Below are positions 36,311 through 42,892 of a stretch of DNA of 42,892 nucleotides, piece by piece; the stretch's first letter is position 1, and each line of letters starts with the position of its first letter. The position numbers were made by a program, and so were the translations under genes. The stretch comes from Asterionella formosa. Taxonomy: Eukaryota. Under the pieces are notes generated by a model that was given only the letters and a program-made list of their open reading frames with translations, ran no database searches and had not been told where the DNA came from. The stretch spans positions 1-42,892 of the forward strand of contig NKIB01014504.1 of NCBI GenBank assembly GCA_002256025.1, in the 5' to 3' direction.

Positions 36311-38772
36311 CTAATCCCATAAACTTGGTGAAGTGATTGGACCACTTCTTCTGCTATATAATGGTGGGCCTGGCTGAGGGGAAGTGACTGGAGAAAGAGG
36401 TGCAACATCAATGGTAACATCGTAAACCTTGTCACCAGAGGGGCCTTGTTCCCCATGAGTGCTGTTAGAGGAACCATTACCACCCATACCCCCAGGAGGA
36501 TCCTTGATCCCAATGATTGCTGCTAGAGGAACCATTAAAGCCCTTCCCACCCTTACTACCAGAGGAGCCTTGATCCACATGAGTGCTGCTGAACGAACCA
36601 TTGGAGCCCTTGTCAACTGGCGCTAGGATGGGTGCAACAGCAGGAACTGGCGCTGAGTTGGAAGCAACAACCGGAACTGGTGCTGGAGTTGGATCAACAA
36701 CCGGAACTGGTGCTGGAGTTGAATCAACAACCGGAACTGGTGTTGGAGTAGAAAAATGGTGGACTCGAAATTCCTGTTGGTGAAGCAGGGAGCGGTGCTG
36801 GAGTTGGAACAATAACAGGAACTGGCGCTGGGGTGAGAGCAACAACAGGAGATGGCGCTGGTTCCGTCATTGGCATAACAACAGGGGTTGGTGCAGGAGT
36901 TTTAGGTTTGAAATGTTCACAGACGTAATTTCCGTTTTTGCAGACAAAGGTCTCTGTACCATTGACCCCGTTTCTAGTTAGATCGCTGGTGCATGTGCGG
37001 TTACCGGCACAGGAGATTACCTTGTTCTGTTTCGGGGGATTTGGAGGACAAGTGAAAGGATTGTTGCAGACAAATGATGAGTCTTTGCAGACACAGGTTA
37101 TTGTCGCGTTTATTCTGCGCCTGTTTATAGGGTACAAACATGCGATGTTACCGTCACATGAGATTGTTTTGGTTCTTTTTGGAGGTTTGGGAGGGCAAAG
37201 GTTTGTGATAGGACTTGAAGTTGATGTGAAAGGAGCAGTTTGAATAGGTGGTGCGACGGGAATGGGTAGCACGGTTAGTACAATAACAGGAACTGTTGCT
37301 GGATTTGGAACGATGACAGGAACTGGTGCTGGAAGTGTAACAATTACAGGACTTGGTGGAGGAGTCGAATTTTCTGGTAATGAGGCAAGGAGCGGTGCTG
37401 AAGTTGGTACATCAACAGGAACTGGTGCTGGGATGGGAGCAACAACAGGATCTGGTGCTAGGGTGGGAACAACAGCCGGAACAGTTGCTGGAGTTGGAAC
37501 AACAGCCGGATCTGGTGCCGGAGTAGAAGAATTAACTGGGCCAGAAGCTTGACTGTCGTCAGGACTTTGTGGAGGTGTCGAAATTGCTGGTGATGAGAGG
37601 AGGAGCGGTGCTGGTTTTGATACAATAACAGGAACTGGTGCTGGAGTTGGAACAACAGCCGGAACTGTTGCTGGAATGGGAGCAATGATAGGAACTGGTG
37701 CTGGATTTGGAACAATAGCCGGAACTGATGCTGGAGTAGGAACTTTCACAGGAACTGGTGCCGGAGTAGAAGAATGAACTGGGCTAATTGCCGGACTGTC
37801 GACGGGACTTGGTGGAGGACTCGAATTTCCTGATTGTGAGGCAAGGACCGGCGCTGGATTTAATGCTGGGTTGGGAGCATCAACAGGAACTGGTGCTGGA
37901 GTTGGAGAAACATTCAGATCTGGTGCTGGTGCCGTTGTTGGCATAACAACAGCGGTCGGTGCAGAAGTTTTAGGTCTAAAACGATCACAGACGTAAGTTC
38001 CGTTTCTGCAGACACAGGTCTTTGTACCATTCACCCCGTTTCTAGTTAGATCGTACTAGGAGCATGTGCGGTTACCGGCACAGGGGATTACCTCCTTTCG
38101 TTTCGGGGGATTCAGAGGACAAGTGAAAGGATTGTTAACGACAAATGATGAGTCTTTGCAGACACAGGTTATTGTCGCGTTTGTTCCGCGCCTGGTTATA
38201 GGGTACAAACATGTGATGTTACCGTCACATGAGATTGTTTGGGTCCTTTTCGGATATTTGAGAGGGCAAAGGTTTGTGATAGGACTTGAAGTTGGTGTGG
38301 AATGAGCAGTTGGAATAGGTGGTGCGACGGTACTGGGTACCACGGTTGGTACAATAACCGGAACTGGTGCTGGAGTTGGAACAATAGCAGGAACTGGTGC
38401 CGGAGTAGAAGAATAATCTGGGCTCACAGCTGGACTGTCGACAGGATTTGTTGGAGGAGTCGAATTTCCTGTTGGTGAGACTAGGAGTGTTGCCAGCGTG
38501 AACACAACAACAGGGGTCGGTACTGGGCTTGGAACTTAAGCAGGAACTGGCGCTGGAGTTAGAACTTCAACAGGAACTGGTGCTGGGGTTGGAACCATAT
38601 CGGGAGTTGGTGCAGGCGTGGGAACAACAGTCGGAGTGGGTGCCGAGGTCACAGGCACAACGGGAGCAGAAGATGCCACAACAACAGGAATCGGCCAAGG
38701 ATTAGCCTGTGCCAGGGCACCGCTGGTGAGAAGGCAGATCCCCACAGCGATTTCGGTGATGCAAAACTTCAT
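36311..38772 (-). pseudogene. Disrupted secreted Pro/Thr/Val-rich mucin-like protein with four Cys-rich modules
   Basis: Signal peptide MKFCITEIAVGICLLTSGALA, many (V/I)VPTPAPVP repeats, four CP..PPK....ISC.GN..C.Y.....TCVC.....VC modules and a Gly/Ser-rich tail. ORFs 38772-38536, 38505-38056 and 38034-36724 share one frame, separated by single TAA and TAG stops. Frameshifts near 36760 and 36490. Confidence 0.8.
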
Positions 38773-40112
38773 CTTTCATGCAAGTTGTGTCGACTCTCGA
38801 AATTTTGTCCACTTTTGTGTGAGGGAAGCCGACGAATATCCGTAAATAAACGTAGTTTGCTACAATCAACAAGACAGTAGACACAGGGGAATAAGTCTAA
38901 TTTTAATTAAATGATCTAGAATAACCCAAGCCAGGCAAATGCTCGCCAATACAACGGCGAAAAACGAAGACCTAGTATAAGCCTTCAGATATTCAGGAAT
39001 GATGAGTACATACATCGCATAAAAGGCCCATTTTAGACGATAGTCCAATCGCAATCAGAACACCCAGAAGGAGACCCACAGATGAAACTCAAAAGTCCAT
39101 CACAAACACCAAGAACGTAAATCGGTAGCAAGTTACAAATCGAATTCAAAATAATAACCCGGAAACCCATCAGATATCTCACATTGTGGAGTTCTGAAAA
39201 ATTTATTGCTTTCTGCAAATCAATTGACGCTGATCTGTTTTTTTATGAACATAATCACTTATACCCCTTTTTTATCAGAAAACAAACCCAGATCAAGCCC
39301 AAGGAGTTTTCATTTATATCCGATCATAAAGGTGGCAACTTCGATTCACCATATATATCTACACATTCAATCAACTGAATTTTCCGAATGTGGTGTACCA
39401 TACAGTGCATCTACCTGTATGAATTTGGTATAGCTTTTACCTTGCTTTGATATACCCTGGTATATCTCGTCTACCGGTACGAAAACAGCAAGCGAAAAGA
39501 TTGTCATAGACGTGTCAATACTGGCTGGTTCATAGATCAGAATCTGCCATATTAATTAGTATGGATAATAATAGCCCATATGATAGATAAACTGAACAAA
39601 AATGTGATGCGAGCAATTGTTTAGGTCACATTAAAGCCCTATCCTGGAGGCGCCTACTGGTATATACATTTCATATGAACTCCTGCATATGCAATCCAAA
39701 GCTGACGATAATAGGCATTCATTGTAAATTTGTTGATGTTTCATTTGAGCCCTCTCCCCTAACCAAAGTTTTAGCGCGTATCGTCATTTATTTTTCAATA
39801 TAATTTTACTCAGTTTATTTACTATCATAATTGTAGAATCTTTGATTCAAACGAATGCAGAACTATTGGCAAAAAAATATTAGAGTGCCTTTTTCATTAA
39901 GGGTCCTGCATTTGAACCCCTAGCTCGAGGTAGGGTTAAAAAAATAATATTAAGTCAGAGTAGTCAAACATAGACTTCTTACGAGTAAAATGTAAATGTA
40001 TATCGCTAAACGGAGCTTTCACCAATACACACCCTTTCCACATGCTAAAATACAGTCATTTATCAAAGTAGGGGTATAGGTCAACGCTATATATCGTCAG
40101 GATATAGGATCT

Positions 40113-40235
40113 GGCGAGAAACTGCAGAAAGGAACTTCGGTTTTTTAACTATGCTAAAAATAGTGGATTTTACCGGGCTAACTCGTTTATTTGGCCTAGT
40201 AAAAAAACCGAAGTTCCTTTCTGCAGTTTCTCGCC
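40113..40235. repeat. Internal long inverted repeat, 34-bp perfect arms
   Basis: GGCGAGAAACTGCAGAAAGGAACTTCGGTTTTTT (40113-40146) and its reverse complement (40202-40235). A homologous hairpin lies at ~41331-41456. Confidence 0.93.
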
Positions 40236-40619
40236 GAAAGGTAACTTCTGGGGCTATATGAAGATTACCTATGTACCGGTACTTAACTCTTCTTCAAACC
40301 CTGCCAACGTTGAGCTATCGTCGTCCAAAAATTCGACAATATCGGCCTTTTCAACGGTCACCAAAACGTCGGAATCAGAATCAGTAATCGCCGAAACGTC
40401 ATCATCGGAATGGTAGTCTTGTGCTAAAATTTGTAGTCGTAAAATCTCGTGTACAAAAAGTTCCAACGTAATTGCCCGCTGTATTAATCATATTCTGATT
40501 GGCTATCCTTATATCCGTTCGATTGGCACGGTTTGCGAGGTCTTGCAATCCCACGCCGGCCACACTGGATACACATGAAGCATTTTCTTGCGTGTTGGCC
40601 GATCCTACCCGTATACCGG

Positions 40620-40735
40620 TATCCGTACGGAGTAGGAATACCGAGTACCGGGTAGACCTATCCGAAAACCATATCCGTACGGAGTAGGAATACCGAGTAC
40701 CGGGTAGAGTAGGAATACCGAGTACCGGGTAGACC
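40620..40735. repeat. Short tandem repeat GAGTAGGAATACCGAGTACCGGGTA x3 inside TIR element 1
   Basis: Copies at ~40630, ~40682 and ~40707. Absent from the homologous position in element 2. Confidence 0.88.
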
Positions 40736-41121
40736 TACCGGTACCAGGTAGCTGATCATCATTGGTCATAGTAGGAGGTAGTGCACGCTTACCAGTACGT
40801 TACTACCGTTAGTATGCACATTCAAATATTTTTCGGAGCCGCCGGGTCGTGAATGTGAAACATATTTGTTGATACGAGTAGGTGTTACAATCGGTAGAAA
40901 AGCAATGTAAAACATCCAGCGATGACGAATCTATTTTTACATATTTAATGCATTTGAAATGGAATCTATACACGTACGCGCAAATTTCCACTCATTTGAA
41001 TATTTCAAACTGAATCATTGATATTCAAATTAGCACATAAAAGTTCTTAGTTCCAGGGAATTTCGGCAACCCTAAGCAATATTTTAATTTTTGCCTAGGG
41101 GTTCAAATGCAGGAACCTTAA

Positions 41122-41869
41122 GGTTGCTGCATTTGAACCCCTAGCTCGAGGTAGGGTTAAGAAAATAATATTCAGTCAGACTAATCAAACACGTACTTTA
41201 GACATATAAATTAAAAATGTATAACGCTCAATGGAGCTTTCACCAGTAGACACCCTTTCCATATGCTTAAATACAGTCTTCGGACAAAGTAGGGGTGTAG
41301 GTTCACTCAATATATCGTCAGATATAGGATCTGGTCAGAAACTGCAGAGAGGAACTTCGGTTTTTTAGCTATGCTAAAAAGAATCGAAAATTCGGGGGAA
41401 ATCTGTTTATTTGGCATAGTAAAAAACCGAAGTTCCTTTCTGCAGTTTCTCGCCAGAAGTTATATACTGATGCTATTTGAAAGTTACCTATGTATCTAAA
41501 TCGCCGTCAGACCCAGCCAACGTTTAGCTATCATCGTCCAAAAACTCGACAAAATCGGCCTTTTCTACGGTCGCCAAATATTGGAATCAGAATTATTAAG
41601 TGCCGAAACGTCATCTTTGGAATGGCAGTCATGTGCCGGAATTTTTAGTCCTAAAATCTCCTGTCCGAAAAATTCCATTGTAAGTACCCGCTTCCACATA
41701 TATAATATGATTGGTGAGCATGAAGTACATTCCTCTGTTTGATTGGCCTGGTTTGCGAGGTCGTGCAAACCCACGCTGGCCACATTGGAATAACATGTAA
41801 CATTTTCTTGGGTGTACTGACAGTCCGGTGCTATATTCACGACGGGTACCAGTAGATGATCATTGTGTG
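41122..41869. mobile_element. Second, diverged copy of the TTAA TIR element, same orientation, interrupted by a copia insertion
   Basis: Starts GGTTGCTGCATTTGAACCCCTAGCTCGAGGTAGGGTTAA immediately after the shared TTAA. Colinear with ~39901-40765 up to the LTR boundary. Confidence 0.88.
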
Positions 41870-42040
41870 TGTTGAGAGGGAGAAACGCTTGCAACGGGTG
41901 CCAGCGGCAGCTACATTAACAAGGAACTGAGATTCTAAAGTAGTATTTAACTAGCTGTAGAGGGACCAGTACTCACGGGAATTAAGCACTTACAGGAATC
42001 TTGGTAGGATATACGGAGTAACTGGTTTATGGTACCAACA
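41870..42040 (-). repeat. 3' LTR of Ty1/copia element (171 bp)
   Basis: Bounded by TGTTG...CAACA inverted termini. Directly preceded on the minus strand by the purine-rich tract GAGCGGGG (42048-42041), right after the pol ORF. Confidence 0.82.
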
Positions 42041-42046
42041 CCCCGC

Positions 42047-42892
42047 TCAAGTGAGAAAATTCCCATGAGACGGGACAATAATATTGCGGAGGCGGAGAAA
42101 ATGGGCATCATCTTTATGTTCTTTGGTGAACAGATCAGCAACATTGGTATCCCCTGGGAGGTGGGTGACAAAGATTTCGGAAAAACGGTGAGCGTCGCGC
42201 ACAGCCATGTTGCGGATATTAATGTGCCGCATCTTTTTGTTAGCACAGTTGTGGGACCAGTCCACAGCACCTCGGTTGTCATTCCAAAGAGGGGTGGGGA
42301 GAGTGACATCAGGCATGTGGAGGTCACTAAGGATATGGCGGATGAATTGGGTAACCTTGGTGCCCTCATCTGCAGATTTGATTTCAGATTCGCAGGTACG
42401 GCGGCTCACACGAGGTTCACGAATGACATGCCAGGCAATGGGGCCACCTGTACGTGTACTGATGGAACCAAGAAGGGAGCAACACTCGGCAAGAGAGATG
42501 ATGTCGGTGGGGTTGGGTTTGGAAGCATCTTGGGGGCCCCAGTTGGCATCGGTGTAAGTGGTGAGAGTGGGAGTGTCCTTGGGCCAGCCAAAGGTGGTGG
42601 AGAGGTATGAGGAAGCAAATTGCGAGGTAAAGGCAATGCCATGATCGGCAGAGCCAGCCAGGTATCGTAACACATACTTGGCACCTAAAAGGTGAGCAGG
42701 GGTGGCATAGGAGTTGTGCTGAGCCAGGAGAGTGAGGGCCACAGAGACATCAGGACGTGTGCTGACAGCCAGCCAATTGAGAGCCCCAATGAGTGACTGG
42801 TATTGTGTAATAATGGCCGCGCGAGCTTTGGGGGAAAGTTCAGCACCATCAGGCACAATGCGGTCATAGACCAGGCCAGAGCGATAAGGGGT
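42047..42892 (-). mobile_element. pol: Ty1/copia LTR retrotransposon pol C-terminus (end of RT + RNase H), truncated by the window edge
   Basis: YQSLIGALNWLAVSTRPDVS, KYVLRYLAG, YTDANWG, CESEIKS, NDNRGAV, RHINIR, VADLFTK. The frame is uninterrupted. Confidence 0.95.

Larger units (their letters stand above)
39901..41117. mobile_element. Non-autonomous TIR DNA transposon, 1217 bp, TTAA-flanked (Kolobok-like termini)
   Basis: Left TIR GGGTCCTGCATTTGAACCCCTAG (39901-39923) and right TIR CTAGGGGTTCAAATGCAGGAACC (41095-41117) match at 22/23. TTAA lies on both sides (39897-39900, 41118-41121). No transposase ORF. Confidence 0.88.

Noticed and set aside
36724..38772. Stop-codon readthrough or an alternative genetic code explaining in-frame TAA/TAG
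   Set aside because: Neighbouring genes terminate normally at TAA and TAG, and the same locus also has frameshifts. Pseudogenisation is simpler.

Overview
Eukaryotic nuclear DNA with short GT-AG introns, most consistent with a diatom (inferred from the gene families and transposon types, not proven). The left half (~1-21.3 kb) is gene-dense. It carries a cobalamin-dependent methionine synthase (METH), a pterin-4a-carbinolamine dehydratase, a two-RRM protein with a prion-like linker, a class V alanine/serine-glyoxylate-type aminotransferase, a p24/GOLD cargo receptor, and an intact plus a decayed membrane-anchored LRR gene. The right half is mostly decayed mobile DNA: two non-LTR retrotransposon 3' remnants, an internally deleted Plavaka-like transposase, two unrelated satellites both of ~195-bp period, a pseudogenised secreted Pro/Cys-rich protein, a head-to-tail pair of TTAA-flanked TIR elements, and a Ty1/copia 3' end inserted in the second of them. 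The main finding is the METH locus. It splices in frame to a ~2105-aa protein with TWO complete homocysteine+folate substrate modules feeding ONE cobalamin/AdoMet module. The 2434-bp duplicated core, introns included, is almost identical (3 differences seen by eye), but its immediate in-frame flanks are homologous and only ~35-47% identical in protein. That pattern suggests an old duplication under concerted evolution rather than a simple assembly error.
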